DNA from: Diplonema japonicum
Lineage: Eukaryota > Protista > Euglenozoa: Diplonemea
Length of the DNA: 64,000 nucleotides
Reading direction: 5' to 3'
Assembly: GCA_964019335.1 (NCBI GenBank)
Contig: OZ025745.1
Coordinates: 248,001-312,000, forward strand
Shown: positions 47,685 to 59,464 of the stretch, piece after piece
Position numbering within the stretch: position 1 is the first letter of the stretch
Layout of the letters: each line of letters starts with the position of its first letter
Program-made: the position numbers and the translations under genes
The notes under the pieces: model-generated
Told to the model about the DNA's origin: nothing
The model's database searches: none
What the model saw: the letters and a program-made list of their open reading frames with translations, nothing else

Positions 47685-48755
47685 GTCGGGGGGGGAGGTC
47701 TTTTTTTTTTTTTTTTTTTTTTCCCTTTTTTTTTCGTGAATAATTTTCGTGAATAATTTTTATTTTATTTTCAAAAAAAAAATTCAATAATTGGTTTAGG
47801 GGGGGGGGGGGGAAAGAAAGAAAAAAAAAGAAGAAAAAAAAAGGGTCACTTCGAAGGTGAACCTGCAGTATGTGACAGGATCGCCTAACGATGGTCAACT
47901 CATTTAGTGTTTGATCCCTTCTGTCGTGGTGTTGCCTTAGGCCCCTCGGAGTATCTATTGCAGCTTGGGTATGAAGAGGGCACTGATTTTTTAGTTTCTG
48001 CGGAATCAGATGGCTGATGTCAAAATCCGAGGTAAAAAAAAAGGGGGGGATATGATAACTTGTATTTTTATTTTATTTTTTTTTTTTATTTTGTGTGGAG
48101 AAAAAAAATAAAATAAAAAACCGAAGTTTTACCATAATATTTTTTTTTGGGGGGGATTCACTTATTACCCTCCCCCCCCCCAAAAAAAATGGGGCTTTGA
48201 TTGCGTTAAGCGTGCAACGTTTTTTTTTTCCGTTAAGCGTGCAACGAAAAAAGAAGTCGAAAAGTTCACTAAATACCCGGGAAAAAAAAGGGGGGGGGGG
48301 TTTTTGAGTATTTTAGCAGCCTCCAAAAAAATCTTTTTTTTCTTCAACGGCACTTCTCCCCCCCCCCAAAAAAAACCGGTTTTGGTAAAAACTGGAATTT
48401 TGCGACTGGGAACTAAGTGAATTACCCTACTATTTTTGAAGAGAGGGAAGAAGAAAAAAAGAGAGAGAAAAAAAAAAGGGGAGGGGGTTTTTTGTTGATT
48501 TGTATAGTTACAAGGGGTGGGGGAAAAAAAAAGGTGGCGAGTAATGGTGAGAGAAAAAGAAGAAGAAAAAAAAAAAAAACTAGCTATTTTTTTTTTAATT
48601 CTTTTTTTGGGGGATCGTGGAATATACCTTCCGGTTCTCACTTTCGTAAAGTTTTTTTTTTTTTTTTCCCGCTTCCCCCTTCTTTATAGCAACATGGAAA
48701 TGCTGCCTATCCCCTTTCCCTGTTTCGACACCAATCAAACTAGTGGGGGGAGGCA

Positions 48756-50034
48756 CTAGCGTTGTTTAGCGCTGGTATTGGCAATGTTGCTGTCAACTTC
48801 TTGATCCTGATTAAAAAAAAAAAAAAAATTCCCCCTCCCTGCCCATTTTTTTTTTCTACACACCGAAACCAATGTTGGGTTCTTCGGTATTTGCACAGAA
48901 TTATCCAGCTGCTCCTTCGTGAAAACCGACTTGGCCACCTTCTGCAATATCTGCCTGTTCTTATCAACATTCTCAAATGTGAGGACGGGGTTCTGCGAAG
49001 ATTAAAAAAAAAAAAAAAAAAAAAAAAAAGGGGCCACCCTTGTGAAACTTCGCCCCGAAGCCTCCCAAGTCCCCTGTGGTCCCGTAGAAAGTAAAAGTGG
49101 AGAGGTAAAGAAAGCTTGAAAATTGAAATAGGGAGAGGGGCCACAGAAGCAATTAAACACCAACTGGAGAGTATGCTGTGGGAGGCTTGCTTCACTGGCA
49201 CGATGCCGCGGAGAGGCTACTTACCTGACCTGGTGAAGCCACCTCCTTGTTCGATGTAATGGGATAAGGGACTCTCCGTTGAGGGCGATGCTAACTGGCG
49301 CCACGCGTAGGGTGGGCTCTCCACCCCCGTCCAGGTTTCCCCACGTGTACTTTCTCCAAACCACACTTACCAGGAACCACCACAGGGAGGTTGGAAACAT
49401 TGGTCCCCCCCCAAAAAAAAATAAAAAAATACCATCTCACTGCTCGTCTGGTGGCAAAGAACAGGACTAACAGGCTTCCCGTCCAACCATTTCCTAAGGC
49501 GAATCTTCCGTTCATCATAGCAACGCTCCGCATCAGGCACCGAGAGTATGGACGAATCTTGTAAAACAGGATGGCTCCCCCCGCTCTCAAGCTCCAAATC
49601 CTTGGTCCGTTTTCTATTTTTTTTTAATTTTTTTCCCAAAAAAAAAAAAGATTTTTTTTTTTTTACCTGCCCTGTACGGATAATGGGTTTGTATTTGGTG
49701 TTGTTTTCCCGCTAAATGTCCGTAAGTCCTGTGAATGCAAAGTTCCTGAGGTATCTGCCTCGGTGCTTGCGTTGACGGTGTCGTTGTCAAGAATTCGCTT
49801 TAATTGGGAAGGAGAGATTGGAGGGACATGCATCTGAGGTAATGTTGAGGCCGAGACCTCCTTATCGACATCTTCATCCTGGCTCAACTGTTCCTTGCCC
49901 GACGCCTGGTTGCTCACCAACACAGGTGCCTCCCCGACTAGAGTGCCTTCATCTTCTTTCTCTGTTGAATCCTCGCGGTCCACCCTTACTTCGCGCTCAT
50001 CTTTTTCGCGATTCTTTGACTTGCAACACCCCAT
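48756..50034 (-). CDS. Putative N-myristoylated/palmitoylated hypothetical protein, 5 exons
   Basis: Starts MGCCKSK. GT-AG introns 49614-49666, 49074-49432, 48993-49037 and 48807-48863 preserve frame; the 36-nt exon is tentative. Confidence 0.62.
49208..49337 (-). ncRNA. Candidate HDV-like ribozyme / ingi-SIDER signature remnant inside an intron
   Basis: AACCTGG...CCAC-CCTACGC-GTGG-CG-CCAGTT...GGTAAGTAGCCTCTCCGC resembles the trypanosomatid Pr77/79-bp signature; P1, P2 and P3 pairings can be drawn by eye. Confidence 0.35.
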
Positions 50035-50195
50035 TCATTTCTAATAGACAGCGACCCCTTTCGCCTGGAGAGGGGGTTTTTTTAATGGTATTGGGGGGGG
50101 GGGGGGAGAAAAGAATAAAAAATACCCCTCTTTTTTTTTTCCCCCCCCGGTTTGGTTTTTTTTTTTTTTCCCTCCCCCTTTCCCCCTGTTAACTT

Positions 50196-50721
50196 CTAAA
50201 GAGCTTTGAAAACATCCTCACAGGTTTCGTATTGCTGTACCTCGTGTGAGCCAGCGACAAACTGAGAAAATGGTTTTGAGGGGGAGAAAAAAAAAAAAAA
50301 AAAAAAAGTCCATACTGCGCCCATAGAGCCTTTCCCAAACCTCACAATGGACTCGGCGTCCTGGCATATCGCGGCTTCACCAATGGCACAGTTTCCAGGG
50401 TAGTTTTTCAAAGTGTTGCGTACCTCTGCGGATCCTGTCTGAACCGATTTTTCAACATCGGGGGTTCCACAGTAGGCTTGACCCGCGATATTTTCGTTGA
50501 TTTCTTTGTCGGCCCACCCCATCCAGGCCTTGAAGAAGCGGTCGCGAGCAGCGGAAGGAGATCCTGTCTCGGGGTTCAAGTCCGATATGACAAAGGCCTT
50601 GTCGCTTCCTTTCATCGTTTTCTGAACGATGGAAACAACACCTTTGATGCACCTCTTCATGTAGTCCGAGGTGCCGAGGGTTTTGATCGTTGCCTTTCCG
50701 TCCTTAACTGCTTTCAACACC

Positions 50722-50752
<31 letters not shown>

Positions 50753-50947
50753 TCCAAAAAAAAAAAAAAAAAAATACCAATTTCTCGCCTCTTATGTGAA
50801 CGCATGTGAAGACATTGCCGCCAAACCTGCTCTTCACCACCTTCTTCCCCGCAGCCTTCCAGTGTTTTGCGATACTTGGCCATGCGGTGAACCCCGGGTG
50901 CGTCCCACATATCTTATGCGGTGTGTCTTTAAATAGGAGCGCCAACT

Positions 50948-50980
<33 letters not shown>

Positions 50981-52132
50981 GAGGGGAAATACCTCTTTCT
51001 CCTTGTTGTGTGGTGAGTGCCACCAAAACGAATCCCTAATGAGCCCCGGGAAGTTGGCGATCATCACGGTCCTCTTGTTGTTCAAGGGACCCGCCCTGCT
51101 CAGGAACGTCGCTCCCTTCACCATCGCCTGAAGACCCCCGCATTTAACAGACCCAACCTTCATTTTTTGAGAGCGGATCACGTGTGCGGTTTCGCCCCAG
51201 AACTCCCAAGGCCCGTTCCAAAAAGGGTCGAGATCCCTCTTATCGAACGTCTTGTGGAGGGAGGATAAGAATTTAGGGAAGCATTCGGCCAACGGTAGGG
51301 TTTCTTGCGGTGCACTACCGGGGGCAAGGGCAGTTCCGATTTCCTTCTCAGAACCGAGAAATAAAACGGAGTCGACAGTGTTGTTCGTGCGGTGCATCCA
51401 CTCCTCGTGGGTGATGATATCGACGCAGGGCATGCTGGAACGAAGCTCATCAATGTCCAGAAGGTACGACAGCGGGACAAAACCTTGCTTGGGGTCGACA
51501 GTGGTCGACCGAAAAGCAGGGATCCCGAACGACCCTGCAGGCAGCACAGCTGTCATACCCGCTTTCGCTGCCACCGCCAAAAACGGCACCAACTGTGTAC
51601 GCACCCCTGAAGCGAACCCAGCGGTCATAGTCGACACCATCAGAAACCGTTCTTCACGACGTTGCTGTGAAGGTGGTGGTGGTGATGGTGGACTCAACTG
51701 TGGGGGGTTCGGCATGGTTGAAGTGGTGGGGGAGGGTGTTGCCGGTGCGGGGTATAAAATCGCCTTTGCTGCGGCTACTATCCTCCGCCAGTGAGCGTGC
51801 TTTATCATCAGCTCGTCTCTGTCTTGATCGTCTGCCCGTGCGATGATGTGGACCCTGTCGAGGCCTGACGCCCGCATCCCTTCGTAGTACTCGGAGTGCC
51901 CGAGTCGTATCAGCATTGTTTTTACTTCTCGTCTATTCGCTCTGTCTTTCTTTCTGGCCTCTGCGCGGCTCATCACGGCGACCCGCCCCTTCCCTTCCAC
52001 CGCGGCCATCATTGCCTTGTAGTACTGATCCGCCTCCGCGCTGTGACCGCTCAGCATCACCACCAGCATCGCAGCAATTATCCCCGCAAACAGGATTGTG
52101 TACCGTGACCATGAGAGCCCCACTTGATTCAT
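50196..52132 (-). CDS. Type II membrane O-fucosyltransferase-like glycosyltransferase with SAM-like domain, 4 exons
   Basis: N-terminal TM; SAM-like LIRLGHSEYYEGMRASGLD...HWRRIVAA; Pro stalk; TAVLP, PLSYLLDIDEL, CVHIRGE and FVISD motifs. Introns 50946-50992, 50721-50777 and 50262-50315. Confidence 0.68.
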
Positions 52133-52283
52133 ATCACAACGGGGCTAGGGGGGGGGGGGGGGGGGTGGTCCCTGTAGAGTGTAGCTTTTTCAAAAAGGGT
52201 TTTTCTTTTTTTTTTATATAAAATAACAATTTTCTCTTCAAAGGTAAAAAAAAAAAAAAAAAAAAAATTGACACTGTAAAGCA

Positions 52284-53087
52284 TCAGTTCTTTCCGCGCC
52301 GCTTACGTGACTTGTTCTGGGCCTGCAACGCGCGGACCCTTCCAGGGCAGAGCGCGACCGTGAGGCTCTTGGCCTCCGGCAGGGTGAAGGTTGAGTTTTT
52401 GAGGAACGTCTGCTTGGCCTTCGAGATGTTTCGAGTAACCGTCGTCAACCTAGGGTGCTCAACCTTGAAGGCCGCTTTGAAGATCTCCTCCGCCTTGTAG
52501 TAAAAGACCAACGCGTCTGAAGTACGCCCCATGAAGTTCAAGCAAACCCCGATGTTGTTCAGGGTGAGGCCTGTATCAGGGTGTGCAGGGCCGACCGTAC
52601 TCTCTCGCAGCTCGAGGCACCTGATGAAATGGTCGGCAGCCAGGTCGTACTGGGAAATGTGTGTGTAAACACACCCAAGCATCGAGTCTATCATGCCTTG
52701 TGCTTGGTGGTTTCTTGGGAGGGCTGAGCATAGCCTTTGAGCTTCGAACAGTTCAGCCAGCGCTCTTTCGTCATTTCCAGCTGAGTCGAAAACAGCAGAG
52801 AGAACTAATCTTAAAAAAACCCTTCCCAGTAACGGTAGTGTGGGTGCGCCTTCGGGGGCCATGACCCGGCCTAGTTGTTCCAGTCCTGCCCGTGCTTCTT
52901 CTTCCCATGCCAGTTGGGCTTCCATGTAAGCGCGAACTGCTGCGTCATACTGGCTGGTGTTATGTCTCGCCAACGCCACCTCGAACAGCAGGGCTACCTT
53001 CTCCGGGCAGGGCGGTGCGTATAAAACTTCCTTTATCAAGCAGGGCATGCCTGCCTTCATCCAAGCTGGGCCAATGGGTGGCTTCAT
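52284..53087 (-). CDS. Tetratricopeptide repeat protein (kinesin-light-chain-like TPRs)
   Basis: LGCVYTHISQYDLA, GPAHPDTGLTLNNIGVCL and EHPRLTTVTRNI. Confidence 0.8.
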   Translation of the reverse strand: MKPPIGPAWMKAGMPCLIKEVLYAPPCPEKVALLFEVALARHNTSQYDAAVRAYMEAQLAWEEEARAGLEQLGRVMAPEGAPTLPLLGRVFLRLVLSAVFDSAGNDERALAELFEAQRLCSALPRNHQAQGMIDSMLGCVYTHISQYDLAADHFIRCLELRESTVGPAHPDTGLTLNNIGVCLNFMGRTSDALVFYYKAEEIFKAAFKVEHPRLTTVTRNISKAKQTFLKNSTFTLPEAKSLTVALCPGRVRALQAQNKSRKRRGKN

Positions 53088-53417
53088 GTTATGTATATAC
53101 CTATCGTGGGGTGGGTATGATGGGTAAAGAAGGAAAAAAGCAAAAAAAAAGAAGAAGAAAAAAAAAGAAGGAGGATTAGAGGAAGGGGGTATAACATTTC
53201 CTCGGGGTGTGGGGGAAGGGGTGGGGGGGTATTGTGCTCAGCTATTTTTTTTTTTTTTGGTTTCGTTTTTTTTTCCCCTCCTTTTTTTTCCTCTTTTTTT
53301 TTTTCCTCTGGTGTTTTGGCTTGTTGCTTGACCCGTTGGAGGGAGGGGAATTATTAAGGGGCAAAAATAAATAAAAGGGGGGGGGGGAATATGCCGTGTA
53401 AAGTGAGAGTGTAATAA

Positions 53418-53624
53418 CTGTAAAACGAAAAAAAAAAAAAAAAACGAAGAAGGAAAAAAAGAAATTCGTCAGCAGACATATTTAGGAGGAAGAATAGAAC
53501 GGCGATGCTAAGGCATAAACCAATGTTAATATTGTTGGCACCACCACATATCTACCGATGGCCAGCGAAAAAAAGTATGTTTCTGAAGGGCACATCCATG
53601 ACGAAAAAGTATTTCGTTTTACAG
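53418..53624. mobile_element. 207-bp MITE with the same TIR as the pogo-like element
   Basis: CTGTAAAACGAAA ... TTTCGTTTTACAG followed by TA; left flank is TAA. Confidence 0.75.
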
Positions 53625-53664
53625 TAAGAGAAAAAAAAAAGGGCATGTTTCTTTTTTTTTTTTT

Positions 53665-54402
53665 TTTTACTTAATTCCGCAAAGTTACATGAGGAAATTT
53701 CTAAAGGGCCATAAAAATCAGAAATCACTTTGCCGTTCACGAGTAAATGCAAAGTGAAGAATAAATGCAAAGTAATAGGCCGAATTTGGCTTAAAAAAGT
53801 AGCAGTAAATGCAAAGTAAAATCTGATTTTTACTCTGAGCAATTCTTTCGGGCTTTTTCGGGTATTCGTCATCATTTTTTGCAAAAAAGGGGTCGAGGTT
53901 CAAGTCCCGAGGGACCGTTTTTTTTGACCCCGATTTTATCGAAAAAGTTCGAGGTCCGGGATTTGATCTGGCGTCTCCAGGAGACGAGTGCGACGACATA
54001 GCCACTGAGCTACGGCATGTTGCTCTTTTACAAACGTCACTCAACATATAAGTTAACTGGTTCGCAAAATATGAGACGTAACCCAACCTGCCCAAAACAC
54101 AGCCAGGCATCCGAGGCAAAAGAGGCATAAACACACTTTACCAGGTTTCCGAGCCACCAAGCATCACACCTGAGGCCGGCAAATGCCGAAAATTACACTG
54201 GCCATGCATGCAGTTTCTGAAGAGCGATGATCAAGTGCCAACACAAATTACACAAAACCTACAGAATTCTGTCAATTTGACATCGTCTTCTCAGGCAATC
54301 AGGCTTCGTTTTGACATCAATGTGAATATTTCGCAGAAGTGAACATAAAGGGTTCACAGTGTCCGAAATTTCCTCATTTAACTTTGCAAAAATTAAGTAA
54401 AA
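53665..54402. mobile_element. Non-autonomous element with about 37-bp imperfect inverted repeats
   Basis: TTTTACTTAATTCCGCAAAGTTACATGAGGAAATTTC (53665-53701) versus GAAATTTCCTCATTTAACTTTGCAAAAATTAAGTAAAA (54365-54402); internal AAATGCAAAGT repeats. Confidence 0.7.
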
Positions 54403-54566
54403 TATCATATAAATAAAAATCAGCCAGATTTTTTTTTTTTTTTTTTCACTCGTTTTTTTTTGAGTTTCACTCGCTTCGCTTGTGAAATTCAACTACTCGT
54501 GGAAAAAAAAAAAATTCTTCGTAAAAATCAGGTAATCTGATTTTTATTTAGTAAATAGTCATTTTT

Positions 54567-56366
54567 TTATTCCCCATGCATTTTCGCCTGCATCTTCTCA
54601 AAGTCAACTGAGGTCTGTTCTTGTTTTCCCCAATATATATACCGAGACCCCATATATTCTAATGCCCAGAGCATTTTTTCCCATTGTGGTTGAGTTTTAA
54701 CGATGGGCCCACCGGGGAGGCGCATGCTTTCATCGATATCAATGCCTTGGATATTGTGAGCAAGGGTCCGGGCGGCCTGTCTGGAGAAGAAATCAGCTTC
54801 ATTGCAGCCCTCTTCAAACAGATAAGAAAGCCCTTGGACCTCGATTTTTTTTCGGTATTCCAGTTGTATTTTCTCCCGCTGCAGGGTAACCGCCTTGTCC
54901 AAATCATCCGCGGCGCCAGCGTGATCGCCCGAATTGAGTTTTTCAACAGCTTGTTCCATCAAAGGGGTGAATTCCCCTGCAATATCGCTGTTTTGAGAAA
55001 ATTCCACGGTGATTTGTTTCAACTCTGCAACGGTGACGCAAGGAAACGCTTTGCTTCGGACCCTTGTGGATACTGTGGCTAAAACGTTTAGTTTTTCCTG
55101 CCATTTTTCCGCCCAAGCCTGGACCCATGTTATATTCACGACTCTACCCAGCCTTGCACAGGTACGGCTGCAAGCGTCTGAAGACTCCCGCTGACCTTCC
55201 CAGACAGCCTGCAGCCCGCAATACGCGTTCATGTACTGCCTGGCTTGTTGCTGATAGCCGATTCCAATTGTTTTCAATAGTTCGCCGATGCCGGGTGCGG
55301 TTTTGACCTTTTGGATGAGCTGCGATTCGAGTTCCATAAACCATCGTTTTTCATTGTCGACAAATGATTCGAGCTTTTCAAGGAGTAGAAAAACGAGACG
55401 GTGGATCCGTGTTTTATCAGCGTCGCTGCGGGTCGCTTCTAACTGTTCGGGCGAGAGCGACATTTTAGCACGCATGGCGGTGGCGTCGAGTTGGTTAAGA
55501 ACCTCAAGATCGCCGATTTCTTCCTTCAAAACCCCTTTTCCGAACAGCCTGTTTAACGATGTTTTCATCAGCGCCGCCTCGTTGTTGTCCTCCGTCTTCC
55601 CGTTTTCGTCGTAAGTTTTTCGTTTCGCATCGTCGCCGAGAACCTCGTACGCGGCAGCAAGATTTTTGAACTTTTTCTCCGCAACGGGGTTATTCGGGTT
55701 CTTGTCGGGGTGGTACCGCAGGGCGAGCTTTCTGTAGCTTCTCTTTATCTCTTGTTGCGTGGCGTTTGGTTTCACATTCAGAAGTTTGTAATATTCATCA
55801 TCCGCAACCTGTACCTCTTCCTTATCATTTCCGGTGTCAGGTTCATCGTCAAACTGTTCCTCTGGAAGATCCTTCGTTTTGTCCTCAATACAAAAAACAA
55901 ACTCGTTACCAACATTGCTCCTGTAACCTGTTACGTATAAAACTGGATTGTCCGCTGGTGATTTTCTTGGTTTCCCGGTTGGTTTTCCTGTGGCGCTGGC
56001 AGGATCAGCGCCTTTTTCTAGTACATCTATGATTGGGGAGGAACACCCGAATACACTGTGGGATACCGCGATCAGTAATTCGTAGTTTGTGTCGCCTATC
56101 TCGTAAAGAACATGGCCTGCGGTGCCAGCGGGGACCCATGGTTTGCCTGTTAGGCTTAACCACATGATTCCCATTGGGGCTATGTAGTCAGGGGGGGGAC
56201 GCCCCCAAACACCCCATTTGCACACGGATTTCTTCAGCATTAAAGGTTCCGTGCTGAAATTCTTAACCACCACCGGCGTGACGTGCCATCGTTCCTCCGC
56301 AGCGCATTTATCCCGAAGCTCCCGTAGATGGTTCCCCCGCCTGTCCGGCAGCTTGGCTGGACCCAT
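54567..56366 (-). CDS. J-domain (DnaJ/Hsp40) protein with DnaJ-X region and N-terminal aegerolysin-like beta-sandwich, 599 aa
   Basis: YYKLLNV...[12 protein letters not shown]-domain followed by a Djp1/Caj1-like helical region; N-terminal [27 protein letters not shown]; ATG at 56366. Confidence 0.85.
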   Translation of the reverse strand: MGPAKLPDRRGNHLRELRDKCAAEERWHVTPVVVKNFSTEPLMLKKSVCKWGVWGRPPPDYIAPMGIMWLSLTGKPWVPAGTAGHVLYEIGDTNYELLIAVSHSVFGCSSPIIDVLEKGADPASATGKPTGKPRKSPADNPVLYVTGYRSNVGNEFVFCIEDKTKDLPEEQFDDEPDTGNDKEEVQVADDEYYKLLNVKPNATQQEIKRSYRKLALRYHPDKNPNNPVAEKKFKNLAAAYEVLGDDAKRKTYDENGKTEDNNEAALMKTSLNRLFGKGVLKEEIGDLEVLNQLDATAMRAKMSLSPEQLEATRSDADKTRIHRLVFLLLEKLESFVDNEKRWFMELESQLIQKVKTAPGIGELLKTIGIGYQQQARQYMNAYCGLQAVWEGQRESSDACSRTCARLGRVVNITWVQAWAEKWQEKLNVLATVSTRVRSKAFPCVTVAELKQITVEFSQNSDIAGEFTPLMEQAVEKLNSGDHAGAADDLDKAVTLQREKIQLEYRKKIEVQGLSYLFEEGCNEADFFSRQAARTLAHNIQGIDIDESMRLPGGPIVKTQPQWEKMLWALEYMGSRYIYWGKQEQTSVDFEKMQAKMHGE

Positions 56367-56577
56367 TTTTTTTTTTTTGTGTGTTTGTGTTTCTCTTTTT
56401 TTTTTTTTTTTTTGTCTGGTAATTAGTGGGAACGTGAATATAATTGAAACGGGTGGGGGTGGGGGGGGTAGATATGGGTTGGTAAGTGGAGAATATTGAA
56501 GGGGTTCTTTTTTTTTTTTTTCCCCTTCTTTTTTTTTTTTCCCGTGGGTATCCCTTTCTCCTTTTTTCCCTCCCTTC

Positions 56578-56612
<35 letters not shown>

Positions 56613-56659
56613 GGTTTTAAATATTGGGTTGCAGCTTCGCACCCCTTTCCCCCCTCAGC

Positions 56660-57541
56660 TCAATGAACCACCTCTCTGAAGATCTTAGGGTGCGAAGATG
56701 GGATGTTCTGTGTGAGTTTTAAAAAAAAAGATTTTTTATTTCTTCATCTTTCACATACCGAGCCACGGTTGTACGAAGTCTGTTTCTGAAAAGTCTGGGT
56801 GCGTGGGGTATGTGGTGGGGTGCGCTGCCGAGGACGGCCACCAGAGGGTCTCCCACCACCAAAGAATCTCCCACCACCACCACCAGAGAGTCTCCCACCA
56901 CCACCAGAAGGTCTTCCGTCAAAAGAAGAGAAAGGCCGGCCGGCAGGCCGGCCGGGGCGGGGGTTGGGGTGGGGGTGATGCCGTGAGAACGAACTCCTTC
57001 CACGGACACCACCGTTGTTGCTGTTGTGGCTGCGGCTGTTGTAGGTGCTGTTGGTACTAATTCTGTCAGGGTGGCGACCCAATGATCTCCCTCGTGGAGC
57101 CGAGGCGGACCGTGGCCTTGGTCGGTAAGGCTCGTAACGGTTCCTGCTTCGGCTCCGTTCCCTATCGCGGCCTCTGCCTCTTTGAACAGAGTTAGACCTG
57201 CTCCTGCCCTTCCCACCTCCTTTCCCGTTTTGTACAGGGTTATGCCCGAACCTGCCCCGTCCGAGGTCGTTCGGGCTGATTCGGGAAAGTTCAGCTCTGC
57301 ATATTTTATTACCCACGTCAGCCCCATTGAACACTGTTACTGACTCCCTTGCTACCGACGATTTCTGATATACCACCAACACTCTTCCCATGCCGCCGAT
57401 TGCCTCCAGCAGCGTGAACGTTTTTATGCTCCCGCAGTGACTGAAAATGTCTCGAAAATCTTGCTCACCCCAGTCGGTCGGCAGTTCGGAAAACAGCACT
57501 GTTTTATTCGCATGCGTTTCATCGTCGTCTTTGCTAAACAT
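56660..57541 (-). CDS. RRM protein with RS/RGG-rich tail
   Basis: TVLFSELP RRM followed by RSRS/RGRG/GGGGR repeats; a probable terminal intron (GTATGT...CACAG) extends the CDS to TGA 56660. Confidence 0.78.
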
Positions 57542-58336
57542 TTTTTTTCTTATATTACCACTCCCCTCCCCTCTTTATTATTTTCTCCCCCCCCCCGAAA
57601 AAAATGGACTCAGCAAGACTTCCTTTTTTTTCTATTGGCCAGCACACGTTTCAAGAAGAATACCGGTGGTATAATGAAACATCCACAACAAAAAAAAGAG
57701 AAGAGGGGGGAGATATAAAAAAAAAAAGGAAAAACGCGGAGGTGCGGGGAGGGAGGGGGTAAAAAAATAAAAGAAAAGGGAGGGGGTAAAAATAAAATAA
57801 AAAAGAGAAATGCATGGTGTGGTGGGGACTGGAAGCGGAGGGGGGGAGGCGTGAGGATCTCTCTCTTTCTTCTTCTTTTTTTTTCTTCCCTTCCTCTTTC
57901 TACCTCTTTCTTTATATTCTTTTAAATAAGAGGGCCTTCGTGTGCTACGTGCGGGGGGAAGGGGGGGGGGGGGAGAACAAAAAAGGGGAAAACAAGAAAA
58001 AAATGTAGTCATGAAATCGGAAGAGATTAAAAAAAAAAACACAATAAGAACACCGCAACACACCCTCTTGAGGCACACATCTTTTTTTTTTTTTTCCAAA
58101 GAGGTTTTCCTGAGAAACAAATATAAAAAAAAAAGGAGAGGGGGGGAAAAAAAAAAGAGGACCCCACTGGGGAGAGAGGGGAGGAGAGGGGGAAGTACAG
58201 AGTTTTTTTTAAAAAAAAAAAGGGGGGGGAATACAAAAAAAAGGAACAATAAAAAACTACACTGAGCAAAAAAAAATACCCCCCCCCCCGCTTTTATCTC
58301 GCACTATGAAAAATGACATTTTCTCCCAACTTTCTT

Positions 58337-59424
58337 CTAATGAGTAATCCGACGAGGGGTAACGCTGTACCTCGGGGTACGGGGAGTTGCTGCCCTGCTC
58401 ACCGGACGAGGGGAGATTGAACGCCTTGGAGATGTCATAGGCCGGGGAGAAAGCCTTCCGTGACCAATGGTGAATTTATTAGAGAGAGGTGGAATCGACT
58501 TGTTAGCCTTTGCCACCTTACTGGCGCCGACGGTGCCCAGCTGCATCTGCAGTTTCTCGATTAGGCTTGAAAAGTCAGTGCAGATAGTTTCCAGCTCACA
58601 ACGCTCCTGCCCCAACAAAGATCTTTCTTTATGAATGTCGTTGAACTGTCTTCTAAGCTTGGCGGTGTCGGTGAGGCAGTCCTTCTGGGCTCTCTTCAAA
58701 TCGTTTGCAAGGTCCTTCTGCGATCTCTTCAGCCTCTGGATTTCTGAAGAGAGTTCAACAGCGTCGTCACGTTTTCTTCTGGAATCTTCTGCGAGTTTTA
58801 CAGATTCGAAATCATCGTCAAATCGAGCGGTTCCTTTGTCAGCTTTCGCTGCGGCCCAGGTTTGTTTGTAATTTGTGCCTCTTTTAGTGTGGTAAGCGAG
58901 TTCGCGGTTTTTGGCTTCCAAACCCATGTAGATGTTCTCCAGTGCGGCAAGTTCTTTTTGACAGTCGACAATCATTTGGTGTTTTGTCTTTTCGCATTCG
59001 TCCCTGATTCGAGGAAGGGAGAACAGGGTTTTGTTTTGGAGGTCTGTGAGCGAGGCAGTGAGGACACCGTCGTCCGCTCTTGATGCCTCGGTTTGGACTT
59101 CGATGATGTCGAGGCCTTCTTCTCTTTCTTTCTCAATGTCTTGGAGGACTTCGAGGGTTTCGGGGACGCAGATTTGGTTAGCGGACTCGGCTCGCGATTT
59201 GTTTTCCGTCACCATGCCTACCAGCTCCCCGACCATCTCCTTCAGCACCGTGCTGAAGTACGACTGCCTCTTCTCCAGGTCGCACGTTATCTTCTTGAAC
59301 CTCTCCAGCTCCTTTATCTTCTGGTCCCTTGTGAACGACGCCATCCTCGCCTCCTCGATCTTCAGAACCGCTTCTTGCGCCATCGTGATGACCTCTGACT
59401 TTGACGGCCCGTTGCGGGACAGTT

Positions 59425-59464
<40 letters not shown>

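Noticed and set aside
49197-49250. TPP riboswitch (GCGGAGA...ACCTGACCTGG on the + strand)
   Set aside because: Antisense to the host gene, lacks CUGAGA and the closing GCG/AGG elements, and the gene is not thiamine-related.
49218-49380. U1 snRNA (TACTTACCTG on the + strand)
   Set aside because: No U1-70K or U1A loop motifs and no Sm site at the expected distance; the match is simply the complement of a 5' splice-site consensus.
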